Of a stretch of 32,000 bases of DNA, positions 1-8,644 are shown piece after piece. The DNA is taken from positions 810,001-842,000 of the forward strand of contig NC_022349.1 of the NCBI RefSeq assembly GCF_000354175.2, read 5' to 3'. This stretch comes from Vibrio alginolyticus NBRC 15630 = ATCC 17749 (GTDB taxonomy: Bacteria; Pseudomonadota; Gammaproteobacteria; Enterobacterales; Vibrionaceae). Each line of letters starts with the position of its first letter. The stretch's first letter is position 1. A program made the translations under genes and the position numbers. Below the pieces are notes generated by a model. The model had not been told where the DNA came from and ran no database searches. It saw nothing but the letters and a program-made list of their open reading frames with translations.

Positions 1-857
1 AGCTCTTTGGACCATCGTTTTATTAAGGCGTTGCGAGGGTCACTTTCACGATAAATCGCGTGACCGAAGCCCATGATCTTGTCTTTATTGGCTAGCATTT
101 TCATGATGTTCGCTTCCGCCTCGTCGGGCGTTTGCCAATCTTCAATCATTTCCATCGCCGCTTCGTTCGCACCGCCGTGAAGTGGCCCACGAAGCGTACC
201 GATTGCCGCCGTGATACAAGAATGAATGTCTGACAACGTTGATGCACAAACGCGTGCTGCGAATGTAGAAGCATTAAACTCATGTTCAGCATAAAGAATA
301 AGCGAGCAATGCATCACTTGTTTGTGCAGCGCAGATGGCGCTTTGTCTGTAAGTAATCGCAAGAAGTAACCACCGATGCAATCTTCAGTCTGATCCTCGG
401 TGTTGATACGCACGCCATCATGACTAAAGCGGTACCAGTAACAGATGATGGCAGGGAACAAGGCTAGCATACGTTCGGTTGCTTTCAGTTGCTCCTCGAA
501 GCTCATTTCCTGCTCTAGGTTACCCAATACAGAACAACCCGTGCGCATCACGTCCATTGGGTGTGCGCTTGCAGGAATCAACTCTAAAGCTTGTTTTAGC
601 TCGGCTGGCAAACCTCTAAGGCTGAGTAGGTGTGTCTTGTACGCATCAAGTTCTTGTTGATTCGGCAAGTGACCGCGTAACAGAAGGTGAGCCACTTCTT
701 CAAACTGTGCGTTGTTCGCAAGATCAGTAATATCGTATCCACGATAAGTTAAACCAGTTCCCGTTTTTCCGACAGTACATAAAGCTGTGCTTCCTGCGCT
801 TTGACCACGAAGGCCTGCGCCACCTAATTCTGCTTTCTTTTCTGCAGTTTGAGACAT
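1..857 (-). CDS. prpC: 2-methylcitrate synthase (citrate synthase family), N-terminal ~285 codons; the gene runs off the left edge
   Basis: Reverse-strand ATG at 855-857, open to position 1 and absent from the ORF track. My translation starts MSQTAEKKAELGGAGLRGQSAGSTALCTVGKTGTGLTYRGYDI and contains GTLRGPLHGGANE and MGFGHAIYR citrate-synthase motifs. It lies directly downstream of prpB. Confidence 0.9.
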   Translation of the reverse strand, partial: MSQTAEKKAELGGAGLRGQSAGSTALCTVGKTGTGLTYRGYDITDLANNAQFEEVAHLLLRGHLPNQQELDAYKTHLLSLRGLPAELKQALELIPASAHPMDVMRTGCSVLGNLEQEMSFEEQLKATERMLALFPAIICYWYRFSHDGVRINTEDQTEDCIGGYFLRLLTDKAPSALHKQVMHCSLILYAEHEFNASTFAARVCASTLSDIHSCITAAIGTLRGPLHGGANEAAMEMIEDWQTPDEAEANIMKMLANKDKIMGFGHAIYRESDPRNALIKRWSKE

Positions 858-989
858 TGTTTGAACTCCTTTTCTGTCTGACTTTTCCCTCTCTGGGGTG
901 TTTTTAGCCAAACGAATTTCACGTTATTAGATGAGATAAATTCCGATTATCTTTTTCTTGGGCTTCCGTTTATTTTTGCTTTTCCCCCG

Positions 990-1886
990 CTATTTCCCTT
1001 CAGAGAATAACTGGTCAAGTTTGTCTTCATAGTCGTGGTAATTCAGGTGCTGATACAACTCTTTACGTGTTTGCATCGAATCAACCAGTGCTTCCTGATT
1101 ACCCACTTCTAGCAAATGTTTGTAGACCGTTTCAGCAGCTTTGTTCATGGCACGGAACGCACTTAACGGATAAAGCACCATGTCCACTTGTGCTTTCGCT
1201 AGCTCATCGCAGCCATACAGCGGTGTCGCGCCAAATTCTGTAATATTCGCCAGAATAGGAACGTGCTTTCCGGTCGCTTGCTCAAGCGCATTTGAAAACT
1301 GAAGGTACTGGTCCAGCTTGTTCATCGCTTCTGGGAAGATCATGTCTGCGCCAGCTTCCACACACGCAATCGCGCGCTCGATTGCGCTGTCCATGCCTTC
1401 AACAGCTAGCGCATCAGTACGAGCCATAATCACGAAACTTTCATCATTGCGTGCATCAACCGCGGCTTTTACACGATCAACCATCTCTTGCTGGCTGACT
1501 ATTGCTTTGTTCGGACGATGACCACAACGTTTCTGTGCGACTTGGTCTTCCATGTGCACCGCTGCCGCGCCCGCTTTTTCCATCGCTTTGATCGTGCGAG
1601 CAATGTTAAATGCACCGCCAAAGCCCGTGTCGATATCAACCAAAAGAGGCAAATCACATGCGTTAGTAATACGGTCAACATCAACCAAAACGTCGTTTAA
1701 TGTTGTGATACCGAGATCCGGCAATCCGTATGACGCATTTGCGATACCGCCACCAGACAAGTAAATCGCTTGGTGACCCAAGTTTTTTGCCATCATGGCG
1801 CAATACGGGTTTATAGTGCCGACAATTTGTAGTGGATTATTTTGTTCAATGGCGAGTCTGAATTTCGCTCCCGGTGTTAAGCTCAT
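990..1886 (-). CDS. prpB: Methylisocitrate lyase (PEP mutase/isocitrate lyase superfamily)
   Basis: 298-aa ORF with ...DTGFGGAFN..., [15 protein letters not shown] catalytic loop and ARTDA motif typical of PrpB. Synteny with prpC. Confidence 0.92.
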   Translation of the reverse strand: MSLTPGAKFRLAIEQNNPLQIVGTINPYCAMMAKNLGHQAIYLSGGGIANASYGLPDLGITTLNDVLVDVDRITNACDLPLLVDIDTGFGGAFNIARTIKAMEKAGAAAVHMEDQVAQKRCGHRPNKAIVSQQEMVDRVKAAVDARNDESFVIMARTDALAVEGMDSAIERAIACVEAGADMIFPEAMNKLDQYLQFSNALEQATGKHVPILANITEFGATPLYGCDELAKAQVDMVLYPLSAFRAMNKAAETVYKHLLEVGNQEALVDSMQTRKELYQHLNYHDYEDKLDQLFSEGK

Positions 1887-1898
1887 GACGAATTCCTT

Positions 1899-2612
1899 CT
1901 AGTCTTTGTCTAAACTTTCTGTATGTATAATTTGAGATTGGATGAGCTTTCGACTTCCTGATATGTGTCTTCTCATCAACATTTCTGCAAGCTCTTCATC
2001 GCGATTGCGAATGGCTTCCAAAATGAATTTGTGTTCGGTGAGCGCCTCATTCGGGCGAGATTGCGCACGTGGCGACTGGTAACGATACATCCGTAATAAG
2101 TGATAGAGTTCATCACACAGCAGAGATATTAACTTACTGTTTCTGCTCGCTTGGATGATGCGATAGTGAAAATCAAAGTCACCATGTTGATGGAAGTAAG
2201 ACGCGCCTTCCATTTGGTCTATATGCTTGGAATGTGTCGACAATAGCATTTCCAAGCTTAAGAGCTCTTCTTGCGTAATGTGTCGCGCAGCTAACCTTGC
2301 CGCCATGCCTTCCAATGCTTCTCGAACGGCATAAAGTTCTATCAGCTTTTCCGGAGAAAAAGTGGTCACTCTAGCCCCAACATGAGGAATTCGCTCGATG
2401 AGCCCTAGCCCCTCTAAGCGCATCAATGCTTCACGCAAAGGCCCACGACTGACTTGATATTTCTTTGCTAGCTCAGGCTCTGATATCTTATGGCCAGGCT
2501 TCACGTCGCCATTAACAATGACTTCAATGAGTGTTTCGGTCAGCGTTTCGGATTTGGTGTGTTCTTTCTCAGAACCCAGCACTTTATAACGAGCTTTCAA
2601 CTCAGAGTTCAT
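1899..2612 (-). CDS. GntR-family transcriptional regulator with FadR/FCD-type C-terminal domain, likely regulator of the prp operon
   Basis: N-terminal winged helix (ISEPELAKKYQVSRGPLREALMRLEGLGLIERIPHVGARV) and helical C-domain. The stop is 12 nt from the prpB start, so it is probably co-transcribed. Palindromic boxes lie upstream. Confidence 0.85.
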   Translation of the reverse strand: MNSELKARYKVLGSEKEHTKSETLTETLIEVIVNGDVKPGHKISEPELAKKYQVSRGPLREALMRLEGLGLIERIPHVGARVTTFSPEKLIELYAVREALEGMAARLAARHITQEELLSLEMLLSTHSKHIDQMEGASYFHQHGDFDFHYRIIQASRNSKLISLLCDELYHLLRMYRYQSPRAQSRPNEALTEHKFILEAIRNRDEELAEMLMRRHISGSRKLIQSQIIHTESLDKD

Positions 2613-2685
2613 ATTCAGATACTCTTGTTACCGACATCGAAATGTCTACAATTTCTTAACCTGAATATAAAGTAGTCGATCAAAG

Positions 2686-2715
2686 TGTCGACAATCAAGT
2701 AAATTGTCGACAATT
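2686..2715. promoter_or_regulatory. Two adjacent palindromic operator-like boxes (TGTCGACA core at 2686-2693; perfect AATTGTCGACAATT at 2702-2715)
   Basis: Read directly from the sequence. They are perfect dyads of the kind bound by GntR-family dimers, upstream of the GntR-prpB-prpC unit. Confidence 0.6.
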
Positions 2716-2796
2716 TAGACTAAGGTCGTAATTTAAATGGGCCTAAAATGCCTATTAAGTGCCATTTTTAGCAGAAATAAAGAATGGGGAACTCAT

Positions 2797-2808
2797 ATTG
2801 TCGACAAC
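2797..2808. promoter_or_regulatory. Third copy of the box (ATTGTCGACAAC)
   Basis: The TTGTCGACAA 10-bp palindrome is at 2798-2807. Confidence 0.55.
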
Positions 2809-2850
2809 TTATAAACCTTTAAGCTTATGATCTAAAAACTAAAAGCTCAG

Positions 2851-2862
2851 TTGTCGAACAAT
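2851..2862. promoter_or_regulatory. Degenerate copy of the box (TTGTCGAACAAT, one extra A)
   Basis: Read directly. Another degenerate copy, AATGTCTACAATT, is at 2641-2653, close to the regulator start. Confidence 0.35.
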
Positions 2863-2876
2863 AATCGGATAAAAAA

Positions 2877-3293
2877 CTATTCTTTAGGTGCAAATTGATC
2901 AAATACTTGTTGCGAAGTCATCTTTTGTGAAGCGGAATTGAGGTCATAATAAGCTGGCTTTTCATCGGTAAAAATCTCTAAAGTGAGTTTGAAATCTGGG
3001 TTATCGAACAAACCAGCGGAAAGAATGTACTCACCTGTCGGCAACAAATGGTAGAAAAGGTTTGTGCCACACTCACCGCAAAACCCCCTCACAGCCCAGT
3101 CTGACGACTGATAACGTTTAGGTTCGCCACCTTTAAACGTCACGTTAGGCCCACAATGCACCGCATGAAGTGCGCCACTCGACCATTTTCGACACATAGA
3201 GCAATGGCACAGGCTAACCTCATTTTTAACCTCAGCGATGACTTCAATTGCGCCGCACAAACACGTCCCTTTCATTCTCTTTTCCTCGTTCAT
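2877..3293 (-). CDS. GFA-family (glutathione-dependent formaldehyde-activating / CENP-V-like) zinc-binding protein
   Basis: Cys pattern CLCG...CHCSMCRK...CGECG is typical of the GFA domain. The true start may be the second ATG (MKGTCLCG, 3275), which follows AGGAAAAG. Confidence 0.8.
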   Translation of the reverse strand: MNEEKRMKGTCLCGAIEVIAEVKNEVSLCHCSMCRKWSSGALHAVHCGPNVTFKGGEPKRYQSSDWAVRGFCGECGTNLFYHLLPTGEYILSAGLFDNPDFKLTLEIFTDEKPAYYDLNSASQKMTSQQVFDQFAPKE

Positions 3294-3535
3294 TTTCCGT
3301 CATTTTATTATGGCCTACCAAAGCGTAAAGCCGCGTGACCTAACACCAACTTCTCGCCGTGAACTTTATGAACAAAATAACCGAAATGCTCAATATTCTC
3401 TTTATATCTCTTTTACAGACAGATATTTAACACTTAATTAACCTTTACACCAAGTTCAGCTTTAACGCTTACAAGGCATGACAACTGAGCAAAAACAATA
3501 AGGCTCAACTAAATAGAGTCGCTAACATAAGGAAC

Positions 3536-4513
3536 GTGAACATGTTAAAGGTACTCAAACCAACGCTCGCCGCTTCAATCATCGCAGCTTCATTTTCATT
3601 CAACGCTCTTGCTGCAGATATTGAAAAAATGCACTTTCTTATCCCTGGAGGTGCCGGTGGCGGTTGGGACATGACCGCCCGAGGTACTGGTGATGTATTA
3701 ATAAAGTCGGACATCGTTGAAACCGTATCATTTCAAAACCTATCTGGTGGTGGCGGTGGCAAAGCAATCGCACATTTGATTGAAACGGCTGATCGTCAAG
3801 AAGATACACTCATGGTGAACTCAACACCGATCGTCGTTCGCTCGCTCAGTGGGATCTTCCCACAATCTTTCCGCGACTTGACTCCTGTTGCCGCAACGGT
3901 TGCCGATTATGGCGCCATTGTTACATCAGCCGATTCTCCTTACAGCTCTTGGGAAGATGTCGTTAAAGCTTTTAAAGAAAACCCTCGTAAAGTGAAGGTT
4001 GCTGGTGGCTCTGCTCGTGGTTCTATGGATCATTTGGTTATAGCAGCGGCTTTCAAAGGTGAAGGTTTTGATGCGCGCAAAGTTCGTTACATTGCCTATG
4101 ATGCAGGTGGAAAAGCCATGGCTGCCCTACTTTCAGGCGAAACACAACTGCTCTCTACAGGGTTAGGTGAAGTACTCGAAATGTCTAAGTCTGGGCAAGT
4201 GAAAGTGTTAGCGATTACAGCACCAAAACGTTTAGAAGCTGCGCCTAACATTCCAACTCTCACCGAATATGGTAATGAAACTGTCTTTGCTAACTGGCGT
4301 GGATTCTTTGCAGCACCAGGCACAAGCCAAGAAAAGCTAGATGAATGGAATGCCGCATTTACTAAAATGTATAACACCGACGAATGGCAAGTCGTTCGAG
4401 ACCGCAATGGTTGGATCGACAACTATAAAGCGGATAAAGCATTCTTCGCGTTTCTTGAAGATCAAGAGCAACAGATGGGTGACTTAATGCGCGAGTTAGG
4501 CTTCCTGAAGTAA
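3536..4513 (+). CDS. tctC: Tripartite tricarboxylate transporter, periplasmic substrate-binding subunit (Bug/TctC family)
   Basis: 325 aa with a signal peptide (...SFSFNALAADIEK) and TctC-like motifs (NLSGGGGGKA, GGSARGSMDHL). Followed by tctB and tctA. AAGGAA RBS upstream. Confidence 0.88.
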   Translation: MNMLKVLKPTLAASIIAASFSFNALAADIEKMHFLIPGGAGGGWDMTARGTGDVLIKSDIVETVSFQNLSGGGGGKAIAHLIETADRQEDTLMVNSTPIVVRSLSGIFPQSFRDLTPVAATVADYGAIVTSADSPYSSWEDVVKAFKENPRKVKVAGGSARGSMDHLVIAAAFKGEGFDARKVRYIAYDAGGKAMAALLSGETQLLSTGLGEVLEMSKSGQVKVLAITAPKRLEAAPNIPTLTEYGNETVFANWRGFFAAPGTSQEKLDEWNAAFTKMYNTDEWQVVRDRNGWIDNYKADKAFFAFLEDQEQQMGDLMRELGFLK

Positions 4514-4535
4514 CAATCGAATTGGGGTCCCTCAG

Positions 4536-4568
4536 ATACCAACCTCAATGAATAACGTAGGTTGGTAT
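4536..4568 (+). terminator. Stem-loop after tctC (10-bp stem ATACCAACCT/AGGTTGGTAT, 13-nt loop), possibly a partial terminator
   Basis: Perfect inverted repeat read from the sequence, 23 nt after the tctC stop. It is followed by TTCCCC rather than a clean T-run. Confidence 0.45.
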
Positions 4569-4597
4569 TTCCCCATTGTATTTGCACTCTAAGTTTC

Positions 4598-4724
4598 ACC
4601 GCATATGGACATTGTCGACAATCGGCATGCACACTCCTTTGTTTATATACCCAAAGCGGCTCGACTAGCAGCGAAATGCTTAATTGTTAATGGTTTAGTT
4701 TATTCATTGACGTCCATATGCGGT
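4598..4724. repeat. 13-bp perfect inverted repeat (ACCGCATATGGAC at 4598-4610, GTCCATATGCGGT at 4712-4724) enclosing a TTGTCGACAA box, followed by a T-run
   Basis: Read directly. The right arm is followed by CTTTTTTACTTTTG and then the tctB AGGAG RBS. Confidence 0.6.
4611..4622. promoter_or_regulatory. Fourth perfect copy of the operator-like palindrome (ATTGTCGACAAT) in the tctC-tctB spacer
   Basis: Same 12-mer as at 2703-2714. Confidence 0.55.
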
Positions 4725-4751
4725 CTTTTTTACTTTTGTTAGGAGTTGAAT

Positions 4752-5246
4752 ATGTCTCGTTCAACCAACTTTTTCACCAAAGAATATTTGCTCTGTCGTG
4801 ACCGTGTCGGCGCAACGATCTTTCTACTCTTCTGTCTTTGCTACGGTTATCAAACCTCGCAGATTCCATTGTTTCCAGGTGATGAGTATGAACCATTCAC
4901 CGCACGTACTCTGCCAACCATCTTGACTTACGTTGGTGTCGGCCTTTCTTTGCTATTGCTGGTGACAGGACAACCAGATAAACAAAGTGGCGCAGTGCTG
5001 ACCTTCAATTGGAAGTTACTGATTGCCTTTTTAATTTTAATGGCGCTCTACGGCGTGGGCCTGACTTACTTAGGTTTTGTGATAGCTACTGCCTTCTTTT
5101 TATTGGCTGGCTTTTATCTGCTCGGGGAAAGACGTAAACCCGTTCTGTTTGGCGCGTCGTTTCCATTCGTGATCGCGTTCTACTTATTACTCACTCAAGG
5201 TTTGGACATCTATCTCGAACCGGGTTTGATTTTCACCATCTGGTAG
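4752..5246 (+). CDS. tctB: Tripartite tricarboxylate transporter, small membrane subunit
   Basis: About 164 aa and about 4 TM segments, between tctC and tctA. I prefer ATG 4752, which follows AGGAG (4741-4745), over the TTG at 4746 in the ORF track. Confidence 0.8.
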   Translation: MSRSTNFFTKEYLLCRDRVGATIFLLFCLCYGYQTSQIPLFPGDEYEPFTARTLPTILTYVGVGLSLLLLVTGQPDKQSGAVLTFNWKLLIAFLILMALYGVGLTYLGFVIATAFFLLAGFYLLGERRKPVLFGASFPFVIAFYLLLTQGLDIYLEPGLIFTIW

Positions 5247-5265
5247 TCAAAGAAAGGACTGAATT

Positions 5266-6792
5266 ATGTTAGATGGAATTCTACAAGGTTTATCCACCGC
5301 AGTAATGCCAATGAACATTATGATGGTGATCGTTGGTTGCTTCGTCGGTACATTTATCGGCATGTTACCTGGACTTGGGCCGATCTCAGCCATTGCTTTG
5401 ATGATCCCAATTACTTATGGCCTAGAGCCCTCCTCTGGCCTTATTTTAATGGCGGGTGTTTATTACGGTGCGGTATTTGGTGGTTCTACATCGTCGATTT
5501 TAATTAACGCGCCGGGTTGTTCTTCAACCGTGGTCACAGCATTCGACGGCTACCCAATGGCTCAAAAAGGCCAGGCAGGTAAAGCATTAGCTTTGGCAGC
5601 TTATTCATCTTTCACTGGCGGTACGCTATCTGCCATTATGTTGCTTGTTGCCGCACCAGCATTGGCTAGCGTCTCCCTTAGCTTCCAATCGTCGGACTAT
5701 TTTGCGTTGATGCTACTTGGGTTATCAGCAGTCGCGGCTTTTGCGGGGAAAGGTCAGGTAATCAAAGCGTGGATGATGACCATTCTTGGTTTGATGCTAT
5801 CTACAGTTGGTATCGATAAAGGCGTAGGCGTTGAACGCTTTACCTTCGGTTTAAGGGATTTAATGGATGGCTTTAGCTTCTTGTTGCTTGCAATGGCGAC
5901 ATTCGCACTGGGTGAAACATTGATGGGCATTCTTAAACCATCAAAAGACACCAGCGATGAAGAACAAGAAAAGCTGAGCAACATTGGCTCAATGAAAGTG
6001 ACCAAGGAAGAAATCAAAGATGTTGCGCCTGTTTCAATTCGCTCTTCAATATTAGGTTTCTTCACTGGCGTTCTTCCTGGCGCAGGGGCAACCATTGCTG
6101 CTTTTTTAAGCTATGGTATGGAGCGCAACCTCGCACCTAAAGAGAAAAAGGATGAGTTCGGTAAAGGCAGTATCCGTGGCTTGGTTGCGCCAGAGTCAGC
6201 AAACAACGCAGCGTCTAGTGGTTCATTTGTTCCACTGCTAACGCTTGGTATTCCGGGTTCTGGTACAACAGCAATAATGCTCGGCGCTCTGATCGCTTAT
6301 GGTATTCAACCTGGCCCTCGCCTGTTTGTTGAACACCCAGATGTGTTCTGGTCAGTGATCATTTCCATGTACTTCGGCAACATCGTACTTGTGATCCTGA
6401 ACTTACCGTTGATTCCGTACATTTCAAAGCTTTTGGCGGTTCCAAGAACGGTGCTTCTACCGATGATTTTATTCTTCTCAATCACCGGGGTTTATTTGGT
6501 CTCTTTTAACACTATGGATGTGTTCGTGATGCTGATTGTGGCTATGGCTGCCATTGCACTTCGGCTCGCTAACTTCCCGCTCGCACCTTTATTGCTGGGC
6601 TTCATCCTTGGAGGATTAATGGAAGAGAACTTACGCCGCGCATTAATGATTTCAGATGGAGAACTGAGTTTCCTATGGGAGCGTCCTATTACCCTTACCT
6701 TTACTGTTTTAGCTGTATTGGTATTGGCAAGTCCACTAATCGTAAAGCTGATTCAAAAGTTTAAAGCACAGCCAGTCAGCGTTGAGCAGTAA
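5266..6792 (+). CDS. tctA: Tripartite tricarboxylate transporter, large permease subunit
   Basis: 508 aa, polytopic, TctA-like sequence throughout (GLGPISAIALMIP..., GVLPGAGATIAAFLSYG...). Confidence 0.9.
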   Translation: MLDGILQGLSTAVMPMNIMMVIVGCFVGTFIGMLPGLGPISAIALMIPITYGLEPSSGLILMAGVYYGAVFGGSTSSILINAPGCSSTVVTAFDGYPMAQKGQAGKALALAAYSSFTGGTLSAIMLLVAAPALASVSLSFQSSDYFALMLLGLSAVAAFAGKGQVIKAWMMTILGLMLSTVGIDKGVGVERFTFGLRDLMDGFSFLLLAMATFALGETLMGILKPSKDTSDEEQEKLSNIGSMKVTKEEIKDVAPVSIRSSILGFFTGVLPGAGATIAAFLSYGMERNLAPKEKKDEFGKGSIRGLVAPESANNAASSGSFVPLLTLGIPGSGTTAIMLGALIAYGIQPGPRLFVEHPDVFWSVIISMYFGNIVLVILNLPLIPYISKLLAVPRTVLLPMILFFSITGVYLVSFNTMDVFVMLIVAMAAIALRLANFPLAPLLLGFILGGLMEENLRRALMISDGELSFLWERPITLTFTVLAVLVLASPLIVKLIQKFKAQPVSVEQ

Positions 6793-6813
6793 TCGCTGTC
6801 TCTTTCAACCTAG

Positions 6814-6841
6814 ATAAAGCCATCCATCGTGATGGCTTTAT
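6814..6841 (+). terminator. Rho-independent terminator of tctA
   Basis: Stem ATAAAGCCATC/GATGGCTTTAT with loop CATCGT, 22 nt after the tctA stop, followed by CTTCC. Confidence 0.6.
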
Positions 6842-6916
6842 CTTCCCCCTTCCAAATCGTTCACTTGTTGTACAGATGGTATTGACAAATCACTGTCGTT
6901 ATATGAAGGTGATTGT

Positions 6917-6967
6917 ATGAACACACACTTAGCGCAACTTAACCAACGAATTATCATCATTCCATAG
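6917..6967 (+). CDS. Candidate 16-aa leader peptide MNTHLAQLNQRIIIIP (four consecutive Ile codons)
   Basis: ATG preceded by AAGGTGA (6906-6912). The stop TAG lies in the loop of the first downstream hairpin. There is no homology evidence. Confidence 0.3.
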   Translation: MNTHLAQLNQRIIIIP

Positions 6968-7030
6968 GAATGGTGGGATTTTTTGATGCGCTCAGTATTT
7001 ATCGAACCCACCCATAGCGGTGGGTTTTCT
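6956..7030 (+). promoter_or_regulatory. Two tandem terminator-like hairpins with a possible alternative (antiterminator) pairing
   Basis: Hairpin 1 is ATCATTCC/GGAATGGT (6956-6974) followed by TTTTTT (6979-6984). Hairpin 2 is AACCCACC/GGTGGGTT (7005-7026) followed by TTCT. GGTGGG (6972-6977) can pair instead with CCCACC (7007-7012). Confidence 0.4.
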
Positions 7031-7071
7031 GTCTCTACCGTATGGGAAAAGCTCTCTTGGAGGCGGTCACA

Positions 7072-7587
7072 ATGCAAAAAATAGCAGTTTTTGGTAAACC
7101 CGGCAGTGGAAAATCGACGGTAAGTAAAGTAATCGCGTCGGCTACCGGTCTTCCTCTTCATCAATTAGATTCAATAGTCTATAAACCAAACGGTGATCCC
7201 GTTGAGCGTAGCGTTTTTGATGAAGCTCATAGCAATATACTAAGCTCAGATCGTTGGATTATAGATGGCCTTGGACCGATCAGCTCTTTCAACGCTCGTT
7301 TAGATGCAGCCGATACTCTCATTTATATTGATCTACCATACTCAGTAAGCTATTGGTTTGTGACGAAACGTCTCCTTAAAGGACTATTCATTAAACCTGA
7401 AGGATGGCCTGATGGTAGTTCGGTACTGAAAGGAACGTTACAAAGCTACAAAGTTCTTCAGCAATGCCCCGCATTCTGGAATGATGACTTTATGTCTCGC
7501 CTCGAGGGGTACTCTCAAACTAAAGCCGTTCATGTCATCAAAAACGTTACAGAACTGAACAATTTTGTTTTAGAGCGGGTAAAGTAA
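7072..7587 (+). CDS. P-loop NTPase, adenylate-kinase-like / topology-modulation-protein-like
   Basis: Walker A motif GKPGSGKST near the N-terminus. I prefer ATG 7072 (MQKIAVFG), which follows GGAGG, over 7042. Confidence 0.7.
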   Translation: MQKIAVFGKPGSGKSTVSKVIASATGLPLHQLDSIVYKPNGDPVERSVFDEAHSNILSSDRWIIDGLGPISSFNARLDAADTLIYIDLPYSVSYWFVTKRLLKGLFIKPEGWPDGSSVLKGTLQSYKVLQQCPAFWNDDFMSRLEGYSQTKAVHVIKNVTELNNFVLERVK

Positions 7588-7668
7588 ACCTCATATCAGA
7601 ACATTAGAGCATGTAGGTTAGATCATCTGAAGCTCTAACAATGAAAAAGAACATAACAAGGATTGTTT

Positions 7669-8439
7669 ATGCTTTTAGAACTCTCACTTTTATTCATTGC
7701 TGGCGTAATTGGTGGGATCATTAACTCCATAGCGGGAGGCGGAAGCTTTATTACTTTTCCGGCTCTATTGGCAGTTGGTGTTCCTCCTATTATGGCTAAC
7801 GCAACAAACACATATGCTTCATGTGCGGGTTACATTAGTGGAGCCGTCGGGTTCAGAGAAGAGATCATGAAGAACAAGCATGAACTGCTGTTCACAGTCT
7901 CATTCAGTTTAGTCGGCGGCGCTGTCGGAGCATATCTGTTGCTCAACACGCCAGAATCGCTATTTATGGAAGCCATCCCTTGGTTACTCTTATTTTCCAC
8001 CGTGCTTTTTCTCACCGGTTCTCGTTTAACAATGCTAATCAAAACTGTCGCGAAAGAGCACAAACATGCTGGCATACTCGGAGCAATCGCGTTGGGTTTA
8101 CTACTTGTTGGTGTCTCTGCTTACGGTGGTTTTTTCAACGCAGGTTTAGGGGTTATTGTTCTGAGTTATCTGGTAGTAGCCGGTCACCAAGACATTAATT
8201 TAATGAACGGTTTGAAATTGCTCGTATCTACGTGTGTTTCACTCATTGCTATCGTGATTTTTGTTGCCAATGGCTCCATTGATTGGCACACAGGTAGTGT
8301 TGTTTTGGTCGGTACGTTGGTAGGTGGGTATCTTGCAGCTCGTGTATCTCGTCAACTGAATCCCAATCATGTTAAAGGGTTTGTTGCTCTTTCTTCTATT
8401 CTCATCACTATCTACTTTTTCATTGATGTTTATGTTTAA
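7669..8439 (+). CDS. TauE/SafE (DUF81) family anion exporter-type membrane protein
   Basis: About 256 aa, multi-TM, Gly-rich helices (GGIINSIAGGGSFITFPALL) typical of the family. ATG 7669 is preferred over TTG 7663. Confidence 0.75.
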   Translation: MLLELSLLFIAGVIGGIINSIAGGGSFITFPALLAVGVPPIMANATNTYASCAGYISGAVGFREEIMKNKHELLFTVSFSLVGGAVGAYLLLNTPESLFMEAIPWLLLFSTVLFLTGSRLTMLIKTVAKEHKHAGILGAIALGLLLVGVSAYGGFFNAGLGVIVLSYLVVAGHQDINLMNGLKLLVSTCVSLIAIVIFVANGSIDWHTGSVVLVGTLVGGYLAARVSRQLNPNHVKGFVALSSILITIYFFIDVYV

Positions 8440-8644
8440 GCAAAACTTGTACAAGTGGATAACACTCCTACAAAAACACCAGCGCGAAAGATTAATGCAG
8501 ATAGCTTAACGATTTTTTGTGTCACTCCAGCGAGGTTAGGAATCTAATAGCACTACACTGAGCGGCTAATGAAACCATTTTGATCACAAAGTGCTCGGAT
8601 AGAAGATCCTGTATCACGCTCCTTCGTCGCTGTACAGGATGACG

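Noticed and set aside
3238-3441. 67-aa plus-strand ORF in the GFA-tctC intergenic region
   Set aside because: It starts inside the GFA gene on the opposite strand, has no RBS, and runs through AT-rich promoter-like DNA. It is probably non-coding.
6838-7164. 108-aa minus-strand ORF spanning the tctA-NTPase intergenic region
   Set aside because: It overlaps the plus-strand terminators, the leader element and the 5' end of the Walker-A gene. It has no RBS and no recognisable family, so it is most likely spurious.
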